Below, piece by piece: positions 26,501 through 38,667 of a stretch of 64,000 nucleotides of DNA. The notes under the pieces were generated by a model that saw nothing but the letters and a program-made list of their open reading frames with translations, had not been told where the DNA came from and did no database searches. Each line of letters opens with the position of its first letter. Positions within the stretch are counted from its first letter, which is position 1. A program made the translations under genes and the position numbers. The DNA comes from Takakia lepidozioides (lineage: Eukaryota; Plantae; Bryophyta): assembly GCA_030704615.1 (NCBI GenBank), contig CM060733.1, positions 49,414,001 through 49,478,000 of the forward strand. The letters run 5' to 3'.

Positions 26501-27942
26501 TGGCCTGGGGGATGATATATCCTAATAAGCATCTCCATACTTACAATTAAAGGTAGCCAAAAAAGAAGTACTGAGAAGATCTGATCTAAGGTTAGAGGGG
26601 TTTTTTCAGCAGGGGGAAGAGAAACTATCTAATATTTCAGGCAGTAGAAATTATGTGATGATGTTGACTCTTAGATATACCGAGGCAAGTGTTCAGAACC
26701 TGCCTGTCAAGAATAACCCAGGTTGCACCAAGCTTCTTTGCCTCCACCGCGGTTGCCTCCCGTCCCTTTGCTTCGATTACCTTCACCCTGATTGTAATCT
26801 ACACCCACTAACAGATCACCTTCAGAAGGCTAAAAAATTCCTGATTTTCAAATCATAGCAACAACTCCAACTGTGCTTTGGAAGCACGCTCTTGCAGACG
26901 CTTCAGATTTGCACATGAACCTATCTCTACTAGTGTGTGACTACATCCCATATTTCCCCAACACCTACCATTAAATGCCTTTCCACACTAAGGCTTGTAC
27001 GGAACCCATTCAGAGGCATACCTCTGGACGAGAATAAAGTTTTATTTGAAGTGAACTTCAGCAAATTTCACTGTCTCATACACAGCACACTCTTATATGC
27101 CCCAGAGGCAATCTCGATAACCACTACAAGTGCCTGAACCAGGTCAAACAATGGCAAACAGAGCCCAGCCCTTCCTTCTTCAGAAATAGGAGACTTTTAA
27201 TGAAGCCATACCTTCCGTGCATTACACAAATTCTGCAGTTGCCGCAACATGGAGGTGCAAGACTCGCGGACCTCCTCTTCCACCTCCGGCTTCGTAGGTC
27301 GAGATCCCCAGGAACCGCTTCGTCCCAGACGATAAGTGCAATCCCCACGAAGCAACGGCAGCAGTGCAGGAAACCCCCATAGTTTGCGTACTGCAATACC
27401 GACGATGGAAATCCAGATCAAACACAATAGGGAGTCACAAAGGAAATACTTCTAGCCAATATTCTATCTTAGGAATACTTTCCAAGTCCTCCCAAAGAGA
27501 CACGAAGTGCGAGCTTATGACAGCCGGACCTTCCATTCCCCTTCTTGAGGCGGAGAAGAAGCTACCAGCAGATGCCTTCATGAAGACCATCCGAACAGCA
27601 CAATATTCAGATTCAACCACAGATCACTTCTCAGCCGAATCATCTCATTTCATGACTATGGGTTGGATGCATACCACAGCTACCACTCGGGAGAATCGCC
27701 AAGAGGGTAACGCTCTCCCCAGCCTGCACCATCACATTTGAGAGCGCCCACTCGAGCGCATCCTTCGTGATCTCCTTTGTTGCATCAATTGCAACCACCA
27801 CCTTTTCTGCCAAATCGGATTTTCCACCACGCCCCCCTCTTCGAGACTTATGTCTATTCGGAGTCACTACAGACGTCGAACTTGAGCCATTGCCATTGGA
27901 GTTAGTCCGACTCTTCCAACTACTTGACATGCGAGAACTCAT
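20537..27942 (-). CDS. USP-like domain + receptor-like cytoplasmic kinase (inactive protein kinase SELMODRAFT_444075-like family)
   Basis: [22 protein letters not shown] (USP-like); [24 protein letters not shown]; [19 protein letters not shown]; [59 protein letters not shown]. About 11 exons from 27942-27675 to 21052-20537. Confidence 0.95.
23040..23830 (-). mobile_element. Degenerate LINE reverse-transcriptase fragment (family B) in kinase intron
   Basis: [13 protein letters not shown] resembles the IRPxLEYxxxVW motif after LINE RT domains. 3' end (ccaaggtaagtc...ctgggcgc...gagcacatt) resembles 4167-4295. Confidence 0.6.
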
Positions 27943-29059
27943 TGAAGGCGATCTAGTCTCCGGATTTTGAACAGTTGAGTACTTGATGCACTGTGGGGTG
28001 CAGACTCGTCCAGTCTATTCTCAAGGACACTTAGCTAGTGTTGTTGCAGACCAACATTTCCGAACAATACCTGCGCTGGCTTGCTGTATGTGTGCTACAC
28101 CCCCAACCTATGTTCATACACTGTACTAGAAACGATCTACCGAGCTGCTACCAACCACGAATCCCACCTTAAATGTTCACAAAACTGTACTACTGTTTCC
28201 CAACAACAAAGAGTACGAAAGTTCTTCAATTCGTCGAGTTGAATCAGGAGCTTCTAAGCACAATGTCCCAACAACAACATAGGAGGCCAATCCCCGCCAA
28301 CGAAATCAGTTGCTCAGCTCAGCTCGATAACCGAAATCCTCATCCAGAATTACTGAAAACTCAATCCCCAGTGCCACCGATCAGGCAAGGTTGATGTCTA
28401 CTGCCGGCATGCAATGCCATAGCCGGAGGTACCTCTCAATGAAATAAAGTCCCATCCCTAGGATCCAACTGTGCTCAACCTACCAAATGCAGAGCTCCAG
28501 AATTACCACAGGTACTCCATCCCAAGTGAGATCAATGCCCCACAGCCCGCAATACTCAGTTCAATGTCTCCAGCGCTCTGTCCACAGCATGTCACCATCC
28601 CTCTGTACCTCGATCACAAACTGTCCTACAACAGGCCCACTCCAATCCCCCATGCGGCTCTTCAAAATAGAAACAACCGAGTGTGGAGTCCACGTCTCCG
28701 TGGTCGTGGCATCAACCTCTGCAGGTCAGGAACAGTCCCGAGGAGACGACGGTGCGCGAAGCAGACGCACGAAACCCGACACGGATCTCCCACACTGCAA
28801 TCTCGCTAGTGACAAAGAGAAGCAGCAGACAGCAAATCGTGGGAGCTGCTGGACGCCATAACTGCAGCGCTGCTCGCTCTGCTCTCCAGCCATCGCCCCC
28901 CCTCTTTTTTACTTTGTTACCGCCACGTCGCTCTGAAGAATTTGAATCAACGTAAGTTGTTAGTAACAAAATTAGAGCGCGGTTTGAACGTTGGCCCTAT
29001 TTTTAGGCCCCTACGCTTTTCAACGCGTCTTCCCGCTCCACGGATCCTAGGCTTCCGAA

Positions 29060-29585
29060 CCAACTAACCAAACCACCACTAAACCAATCCACGAACCAAC
29101 TAAACAATCCACTAACCAAGGCGCTAACCGAGCCACGAAGCAACCTTCCGGTCCAGTAACCAGCTATCCAATCCACGAAGCAACCTTCCCGTGCCGTAAC
29201 CGGCTATCCAAGCCAGTAACCAATCCACGAAGCGACCTTCCCGTCCAGTAACCGGCTATCCAAGCCAGTAACCAAGCCACGAAGCGACCATCCGGCCTGG
29301 TAACCAGCTATCCAAGCCAGTAACCAAACCACGAAGCGACCTTCCGGTCCGGTAACCACCTATCCAAGCCAGTAACCAAGCCACGAAGCGACCATCCGGC
29401 CTGGTAACCAGCTATCCAAGCCAGTAACCAAACCACGAAGCGACCTTCCGGTCCGGTAACCACCTATCCAAGCCAGTAACCAAACCACGAAGCGACCTTC
29501 CGGTCCCGTAACCAGCTATCCAAGCCAGTAACCAATCCATGAAGTGACCTTCCCGTCCAGTAACCAGCTATCCAAGCCACTAACT
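29060..29585. repeat. 52-bp minisatellite (~8 copies plus degenerate lead-in)
   Basis: Unit taaccagctatccaagccagtaaccaaaccacgaagcgaccttccggtccgg recurs at 29301, 29353, 29405, 29457, 29509; shorter AACCA-rich subunits on the left. Confidence 0.92.
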
Positions 29586-29689
29586 GATAGATCCAATAGA
29601 TCCTCTTGAAATTTTCCTACTACTTATGGGTATTGTAAGACAGCCCCTCGCCTCTCATTTTTGAATAATTGGGAGTTTATGCCTAACGT

Positions 29690-32600
29690 GTGAGACAGGA
29701 CGCGCACGGCCGCACGGACGCGGGGTCGCCCAGCCCACCCCTGCACCCGCGCCCCACCCCCCCCCCCCCCCCCCCCCCCACCGCGCAGTGCGGTTGGAAG
29801 CCCCGGTGCACATGGACCGCGGCCCGCGGACAGCAGTCCCCCCACCCGCGGCCGTGGCAGCCCAGGGTCGCCCCGCTGGGTCTGCCCTCTTGGTCTGCCC
29901 GCTGGGTCTGCATGTCGTCCGGCAGACCACCCCGAACTCGCACAGCAGACCAGTGACAATGCGGGGATCGACAGACCTCATGAGGGGACCATTCAAATGG
30001 TCAAACGGATGGGGACAGAAATGCAGACAGAGGACAGACGAGATGGGCAGACCCGGAGAGGACAAGACCAGACCACACCAAAGCAGACCATATAGCCGGC
30101 ACAACATACCAGCATGGAAACGGTCTTGTAGTAAATTATGGGTCTGCTCCTTATGGGAGTCAATACACTCAATCATTGGCAAGCCAGCGACCTTGAGTCA
30201 GACCATTGTGACAGACCAGTGTGACAGACCAGTGTGACGGAGTAGTGTGGCAAACCTGGATGGCAGACCCCTTTGGCAGACCCGTGTGGATGACCCGTGT
30301 GGCAGACCCTATGGCAGACCACTATGGGGGAGAGTTAGGGCAGACCAGGACGGCAGACCCTGATAGCGGCCATTATTGCGCCGCGTGGCAATTACATGTT
30401 TCCAGCGCCCATCTAATGGGCCGCGGCCACGTGTATGGCGTGCATGGGCCATTCCGCACATGTGTGCCCGTCTCTTCGTACAGCCAGCCGTTACGTTTGG
30501 CGCGTCACCTCTTCCTCCTCTTCCGTCTGGCGCGTCTTTCCAGTTTCCTTGTGGACGCTGTGGGTTTAGGGTCGCGGTTGGTGCCTCTTCCATAGTACCG
30601 CGATGATTCGACGTTACAGGCTTGCCGACTGAGAAGGAAAGGTCCCGCCGTTTCCTGAAAGGTCGCGTTGCCGTCGTTGCCAAAGTGCGCTCTCAAGGTA
30701 TGAACTTCACCTTCCTTCTTCACCTTCAACCTTCATTACCGTTCTCAGTCCCGCTTCTGAAGTTTGTTTGAGCAGACCGTTCCTGACACACTTCCTGCCG
30801 ATTTCGCAACCATGGCAGAAGCGTGCCCAAAGGGTGGACCGGATTGGGTGCAATATGTGCATGCCCCCCGCAACAAGCCAAAGAGAATGCACTAGTATGA
30901 GCCACATGACTACGACGCTAAAATAGTAGAAGCATTTCTGGACTTGCGCGTAGACAAGGACAAAGAGAAATGGCCAAAGGACCGTTTTCAGTGCCCTTTT
31001 TGCCCTGATATCGTGAATGACAAAGAGACTTTAAACCGGCATGTCCTTGATGGAGGATGTAAAGGTGTCCGTCCCTGACAACTTCAAGCCGTGGCCCAAG
31101 CCAAGTTCTTCAAAGGCTGGTAAAGAAATCATGATGAAGTTGAGGGGTGCATTTGTCGTCCCTCGGTCTGTCGACGAAGTGCGACAGCGATATGACACTC
31201 AAGCAGGTCTGCTGGGCCCCAGTCGCGCTGTGCCAGTGAAGAAAATGAAGCTCAGTGATGGCGCCAAAAAGAATGTAGAGCGCAAAAGTCACAGGTCCTC
31301 TAGTGCCTCTGGCAGACCACGGGATGAGAGAGTGACAAGCAAAGAAGTGCAAGCAGGTCCGTCCTAGCAGACCAAGGCCAGCAGACCAAAGCCTGCTGCT
31401 GTAACTCTGTCATCCAGTGAGGATGACTCTAATGACGAGGAGTCCCATGAAGACGAAGATGTGCAAGACATGACGACGCAACTACCGCAGCTAATCGTGA
31501 GACCCTACTTGGTCTCAGACCCCATTGGGTACGCCCCGCCGGTACATGAGATAAACCTTGACTTGGATACACCCATGGAGGAAACAACAGACCGAACCAG
31601 CAGACCTTCTAGCAGACCCTCAATCAGACCCAATCAAGCAAACCTTCAACCAGCACACCCTCAATGATGTTCATGTCCGCCCTGGCATATTGTGCCTCCT
31701 TCCACACGGCCTTCTGCCTCCCGAGTGCCCAGAAGAATCACATCCGGAGTTCTTCCCATTTTTGTATGGTTACATAAGGTCGGGGCAAATACACAGGACC
31801 ATTTACACAGCAGAGAGGAATGGGTGGAGGCACGATCACGCCCACGGGATGAAGACTACAACGGCCTGCTGGTACTTTAAATACTCTTTGTAGGGTCTTC
31901 CACGTGTTTTCTTGAGCTGTCTACTGTTAGGTATAGTGTTAGGTAGTGTTAGGTATAGTGTTGTGGTCTGCCAGACATGGTCAATATGTCTGCCACATAA
32001 GTTCTGGTCTGCCACATATGGTCTACTGGTCTGTCAGATTAGTTCTGCTCTGTCAGCTATGGTCTAATAGTCTGCCAGATATTGTTTTGGGTGTACAGTT
32101 CTGTACAGGGGTCTGCATTACCTTCAATGTGTAGGTCTACTATCATTGGAAATTGTCATATTTATTCTTCAAAACATTCTTCTATAGGCTAAAGTATTTT
32201 GTTTAGTTTCAGGAGGCAAACGCCGAGGACAACCACGTTCATAGAGTTTTGCAAATCTGGAAGCATAAGTCCAACGGTCCTCCCTTGGAAAATGCACTTG
32301 TAACGAGGTTAGGGATATTCGGGAGTACATCCTCAGACTGTATCCACAGTCCGCTGATGCTATTGCAGCAATTGGTGATGGTGCAAGCGGCCCGGCAACA
32401 GACCTTCCTCCACCTCCATCAGCCTGGAAGGTCCATCCTGCATCGCATACCGTGGGTCTGTCCAGTAGACCCGGTTCAGTGGACCTGTCTTCTGTGAGTT
32501 GTCCTCCAGCAGACCTTCGTACTTCTGTGGCAGACCGGCAGCAGACCACACTGGGGGCAGACGGGCTTTGATTTTCCATTTAGGGCACCCTGGTGACCTC

Positions 32601-35600
32601 CACAGAGGTCTGCGTCAGATGAGGAGGACCCTACCCTTCCCAAGTTCCGTTGTGGGGAAAGCAATCGGCATCTGGACTGGTACAATGAGCTTCACCGCAT
32701 CGTTGCGTCGCGGTGGACCTTTGCTCCGCACCACTAGTCTATGGAGTTCACCGCGGACGAAGCTAGCCATCTTTTGGAGAAAGCCCGGGACCACGGAGTG
32801 GCGCTTCTTGGAGAGGAGACCGACCCACCGCTTCTCGCACAACTTTTTCTCATGAACGACCCTCGCCCAGTGGAGATAAGGCACATGTCCATCACCCACC
32901 CAGTATTTGGAGTTCGTCCCAAACACTTCGCCGGGTTGACAGAGAGTGCATTCGAGGACATGGCACTGTCTTTCCTCCGCCGGCAGTGGTTGCAATTTGG
33001 CAATTTCAGGTCTTATACAAAATTGAAAAAAGACCTCCAAAATCTGTAGATGGAGCTGCTGCACAAAAGTCAGGATTGTCGGGAAAGTGTTACGCAAGAT
33101 GACATCTTGTGGTTTGTCAGTGTGCAGGAGCGAGCAGTCCTCGACATTGTTTTCAACAATGCGCATGCTTTCCAAGTTCTGTAGAGCGGGATTCCAACAG
33201 AGGACCGCGCCGCAGCTTTGGGAGAGTTTGATGAGGCCTTCATGGATCGCCTCATGAAAGATATTGGCCTATGGACGAGAGTCTTTGATCATGGTATGCC
33301 AGACCAAGTAACCTTGTGTAGGTCTGGACGTCAGACAAACAGACCTTCTGTGAACTATCAACAGACCTTGTATGACCTACCACACTAGCAGACATTGTTC
33401 TAACCAGCCGATCAACAGACCTTGTATGAAGGACCGGACTTGCTTGTTTGAATCAGCAGACCTCTGTATGGTTGCTCATAATGTTGTTGTCTTTGCTGCA
33501 GAGTGCGACCCGGAGGACGACGTTGTTCGCAAGGCCCTTGACCAATATGCTAATGGCGCTCGGCAACTTCTAAGGGCGCTCCGTGGCCATTATGGCGTGG
33601 ACTCACCCGTTAAATGCACGCTCATTGGAGTGCAAGCATGTCATCAGACCCATCACACAAAGAAAACACCATGAAGACCCAGCAGGAGGTTAGCGAGTAG
33701 ACCGTGGACCGAGCAGACCCGTCACAGGTCAACGCGAAGCACCGAGATGCGATCCAGCAGACCGTGTCAATGGAGAACAAGGCGCAACAAACCCCTGACA
33801 GGATTCTCAGTACTCCTTGAGTGCCTGATATGGTAGGAGATCCCATGTCCGAAGCCATTTTCCTACAGACGTTGGGCACAGTTCAACAGTAGACCTTTCC
33901 CCGGCAGACCTTCCCGTTCGATCAGGAGACATTGCAGGGGCAGACCTTGCCAGCATATACCTTGCTGAGCTTACCAGCGCAGACCCTGGCGGATGACACC
34001 ATGGCAGAGCAGAGCATGTCACAACACACCGTTCCTGATGACCAAGCTGTGCAAAAGCAGACCGACCCAGAGCAGACCTTTTCCCAGGAGACCTTGGAGG
34101 AACAGACCTTCCTTGAGAAGACCTTGTCTGAGGAGACCTTGGATGGTTCTGTGCCTGGCACATTGGCTGAGAACATCACGGTGCAGGAAGTGCATCTCCA
34201 CGCAGGTATGCACGCCTCACCAGAGGGAAGCTAGCGTGTGAGCGCGCTCACACTTAGCGCACTAAGCGTGAGCAGACTTCATTAAGCGTGAGCATATCTC
34301 TTAAGCGTGAGCAGATTTCTTAAACGTGAGCACATAAGGGAAGCGGAGCCTATAGTTGTGGGAAAAACATGACCTATTGTCGTGGGGGCAATGTTGAGTG
34401 GAACGGAGGGTAACATACGATGTCTGGGACCTAAGACGTCGAGTTCCGTGCATGAAAAATTGAGAGAAATATGTGGCGAAATTCTTAAGGATTAATGGCT
34501 ATGTGGAATGGATGAATGTAGGATGAATGCAGGATGACAAAAGATGGATGAATGAAGCATGGATGACAACAACACGAGGTTAATTTCGGAGAACTTGAAA
34601 TCAACCTTGTGTCAACACGAGGTTGATTTCCGAGGACTTGAAATCAACATTGTGTCAATGCGAGGTTCATTTCCGAATGGAAGTGGATGATTAAGGTAGT
34701 TTTTTTTTTTTTTTTTTTGGAAAAAAGATGCTTTGATTTCTCAAATCAAGGTTGCGTCAACGCAAGGTTGATTTGCATCTTGCGACTTTTTTGTTTTTGT
34801 TTTTTGTTTAGTTTAGTTTTTTTTTTGGGTCATTGATTTGATAAATGAAAGCATCTTTTTTCCAAAGAGAAAAAAAAAAAAAAAAAAACGCGGGATGCAA
34901 ATCAACCTTGCGTTGACGCAACCTTGCTTTGAGAAATGAAAACATCCTTTTTGCACTGTTTTTTGCATTTTGTATGGGTAAATCAACCTTGCGTTGACGC
35001 AAGGTTGATTTGACAAATGAAAGCATCATTTTTCCAAAAAATTAAAATTTAAAAAAAAAATTGAAGTCGCAGGATGCAAAACAACCTTGCGTTGACGCAA
35101 CCTTGATTTGAGAAATGAAAACATATTTTTTCCAAAAAAAAAAAGTTGAAGTCGCAGGATGCAAATCAACCTTCCGTTGACGCAACCTTGATTTGAGAAA
35201 TGAAAGCATCATTTTTGCACTGTTTTTTGCATTTTGTATGGGACACAATCAAGGTTGCATTAACACAACCTTGATAATGCTATGGATTTCAATCGCCTCT
35301 TTCGGGTGTCTTGCTTAGTGTTTCGTGTCTTCTAGTCTTTTGGGAAGTTCAGGGATCAACCTTGCATCAACGCGACATTGATTACAAGGGGGTTTAATGG
35401 GAATTAACAAGCACCTGCTGCATCTGCGTTTTCTGAATGTATGGTTTAGGTACATCTACTATATCCTCATTCCGGGGAAGTACCTGAGCGATGACCCTCG
35501 ATAATACATCCAGTTTTTAACCATCCACTCATCCATTGTTCATGCATTGCGAAGCATATGTCTATCCATTAGTCATCTCGCATTCAACCATTCATGAATT

Positions 35601-37470
35601 ATTCATTCAACATTCATCCAACATTCATCCAAGTACGCATGATATGTACACTCATTCCCGCGGAAATAGGTCTCCCGGGGCTTCCTCATCCGCGATTGTA
35701 GGCCCATGCACCGTATTACGTGAGCATCTTCCCGCTCACGCATCTTTCCGCTCACTCATCTTTCCGTTCACGTGAGCCGCTCACGGACTAGCACCCGCCT
35801 CACCATTCCAACACGAGCAGACCCTGGTAGTGCAGGACAGCAGGGTAGGTGACATTCAGCAGGCGACGCCGATTCCCCCTGGCACATATGAATTGCCAAA
35901 AATGAGAGGGACAATGAAATCCCCCCCACTGCTACATCTGCTGAGAAGTAGAAAATGGTAGTTGATCTCACCCTTGCCACAAGACCTTTAGACATAGCAC
36001 ATCTTGAACCCATACAGCAGACCAATGTTGATATTACTACCGTGGAATATGACCAGCACTGTAGTGATCCTCAGTCGGATGTAGATCCCCTACTGTCCTT
36101 AGACCAGTCTGTTGATAGGGTGCTTGTTATGTTCGAGTCCGCTGAGGAGATGGTAGACCCCACAGCAGACCTTGTATCACGGTCGGCAGACCTTGCCCAT
36201 GTCTGCACAAACCTTGTGGCAGACCACACAGATGTTTCTGCCCCTTCTCCTTTGGTGGGTCCAATCGAATTAGAAGTGCCTGTTGCAGGAGTGCCGGTCG
36301 CAGTCACCCACAGCGCCCACAAAGGTCCAACTCCGTTGCATTTTAGTAGTCCTTGACATTGTCTTGTGTACTTTCGACTTTCCTGATGTTCTGTGGTCTG
36401 TGAAGGTTCTGGCGTCTGAGGTCTGAGGTCGTGGTTGGTCGCAGGTCGTTAACATGGGGTCTAGCACAAAATGTGGTCGAGTGGTGATTACGCCGACTGT
36501 TGAGGCCAGCTCGACCCATGGTCTACATGAATCGTCCAGAACGGGTTCACAAAGTGTCAATAAACCCAAAGACAAGGTCTTATTGCGAAGCAGAGCCAAC
36601 CAGCTCCAGGATGGCATGAAAGAGACAACGTTGCATTGGAAAGGAAGTTGGAGAAAGTTGCTGAACCAGATAGAGCGACGGTGTTAGTGGCTGGGAAGAA
36701 GCGCATACCAGAGGCCACAACAGACCCGCTGGCAAAACCAATTCCCCCCAAGAAAGGCGCTGTTAAAAAAAATAAGACGGGAATGTTCATGAGTGCTGAC
36801 CGCAAGGTCTGTTTCAAAGTGGAGAGCAAAGTTGCCGACCTCCGCAACAAAAACCAGTAAGTCTCTCCATCTTTTCCGTTGGTCTGCCACCTTTGAGCAG
36901 ACAAAGTCTCCTCAAAAGGATCATGTAGTTAATTATGGGTCTGCTCATATGGGTCTGCCGATCATACTGGGCTCCCCTGAATTCTCCCCTGGCACCGTGG
37001 TCTCCATGGGTCTGCGGTCACGGGTCTGCCAGTATGTGTCTGTGGAGGGCCGGTGATATGTCTTTCTTTTGAAAGGTTTTTTCTGAGTTTCTGCAGGTTC
37101 ACTGCCCGATTTGGCTCCACTTTCGATGCACAAATCGTGAATGGAAAGGCAATGTTGTACTTTTTTGAAAACGACCTAGCGTTTGAGTGCAGTATTACCA
37201 TCGAGGACCTGAAAGCCTTAGAGAAATATGAATCCGAGGCTACAGACCGATTGCTTGAGTTGTGGTGTAGGTTCTATGAGAAAGATGTCGATGTCACGAC
37301 ATATAGTGATGTTGCTATTTTGCCGACGTGGGTCTGGAGTGTAGTGAAGATGCATTGGGATGCAGGCCAGGAACGGGTTCGCTCGCAGGTGGAGCACGGA
37401 TTGACGGTGCAATGGATTGGGAAGGACTTGAAGACGTACTTGTCGTACCACTACAACAAATGAGGGGGGG
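29690..37470 (+). mobile_element. Decayed DNA-transposon-like region with a broken multi-exon gene (zinc finger ... Ulp1/C48-like C-terminus); boundaries uncertain
   Basis: ATG 30812 leads, through an in-frame TAG, to FQCPFCPDIVNDKETLNRHVLDGGC. Stop-interrupted frame at 32741-33290. 37097-37463 ITIEDLKALE..DRLLELW..ILPTWVW..VQW resembles the N-terminal half of Ulp1-like proteases. Dense CAGACC/GGTCTG motifs. No transposase seen. Confidence 0.5.
34235..35787. mobile_element. Non-coding foldback/TIR element containing nine ~32-bp palindromic repeats
   Basis: CTAG on both sides (34231-34234, 35788-35791). Imperfect TIR GTGAGCG(C)GCTCAC, and ggatgaatg vs cattcatcc inverted blocks. Repeats start at 34598, 34641, 34743, 34899, 34980, 35078, 35163, 35246, 35353. 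Confidence 0.8.
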
Positions 37471-38382
37471 TTTGCACATAATCCAGCCGATGTCTTGGCC
37501 TGGGATTTGCAAATGACAATCGTTGATGCAGCTTCAAAGTCGTGATCCAAGCTAACATCCCATATCTTTTCTCCATTTCTTGTTTGCAAATGTTGGTTTT
37601 CTGAACAATGAGCTTGCATTTGTTTGTAATTGCTCATTTTCCATGATAGCGTCATCTGTAAATCTTGGACCGTGCACACAACTGTAGAAAACACACAGCG
37701 GGGACTCAAAGAAAATTTAATCGAAGGAGTAGAGAGACTTTTCCATCTTAAATGTCATGGGATGCTTCCTCAAATGCTCTCAAAATAGATTTGCTTTTTG
37801 GGCTTCTTTTCTACATTTATAGTTCTTACTAAGTTCGACTCTATAACGCTCATGTACAAGGTTATTTTTCCATTGTTATTTTTCACTATTGTTATATAGG
37901 CTTTTTAAAAGCCCGTATAAAGCGATTGTAGGCCATCCGTCCCTTATATAGGTATACACATATATATAGCTATGGACAGTTCATAGAATTCATAAAGTTC
38001 ATGAGGCCTCCGTCCCTCATTTCTAAAAATAATAACAATCGTAATACAAGTAATCTCATTATGAAGTTGTAAAAGCCCATATAAAGCAATTGTAGCCGTC
38101 CCCACTATGGAAGACTTTGGAATCGGCCACAATACATACGATTCCACCATGTTAAATGAGACGGCCAAACATATCCAAGAGAGATGATTGAAAAAAAATT
38201 ATAGACTTCTTAGATAAGGAAGCCTAGGGGGTTGACCCAATTTCTTATCATAGCTCTGTTAGGTGTTGAGCCTGGCGTCTGACTCGTTGCCTTAAATATT
38301 CCAGTTGCGGAGAGAAGAGGTCACTGTGGGGAAACCGAAGCTATTGCTATATAACATCTCAGCGCCAACTCTATATTTCATC

Positions 38383-38455
38383 GGGGATGTAGCTCAGATG
38401 GTAGAGCGCTCGCTTAGCATGCGAGAGGTACGGGGATCGATACCCCGCATCTCCA
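38383..38455 (+). tRNA. trnA-AGC: tRNA-Ala(AGC)
   Basis: GGGGATGTAGCTCAGATGGTAGAGCGCTCGCTTAGCATGCGAGAGGTACGGGGATCGATACCCCGCATCTCCA: 73 nt cloverleaf, anticodon AGC, G3:U70 pair, TATA-like ctatataa upstream. Confidence 0.98.
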
Positions 38456-38667
38456 ACCGTCTTGTTGACTTGATGTTATGCGGAGTTGTTTTGCTTCGTC
38501 GTTCTCGTTCTCGGTGGTGCTCGAGCGCAATGCAGGAGCGCTGTGCTGGCTGTCTGTCTCGTGCTGCTCACCTCACATGAGCATGCCGCTCCTCCTTGTA
38601 TAGAAAGCCAGCGTATTCACAGCCTCGGCCATAGTGTCTTTGGCTGTGTGTTTTCGTTGGGAGTAAA

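Noticed and set aside
29624-30237. Gly/Pro-rich overlapping ORFs
   Set aside because: By-product of a poly-C tract and high GC; no domain signal.
34598-35384. CRISPR array (32-bp palindromic repeats)
   Set aside because: Spacers vary from 11 to >120 bp, repeat each other and are A/T tracts; repeats occur in both orientations; no cas genes; eukaryotic context.
37900-38110. Short direct repeat aaaagccc(g/a)tataaagc(g/a)attgtag at ~37907 and ~38071
   Set aside because: Real but only two copies with no termini; no interpretation supportable.
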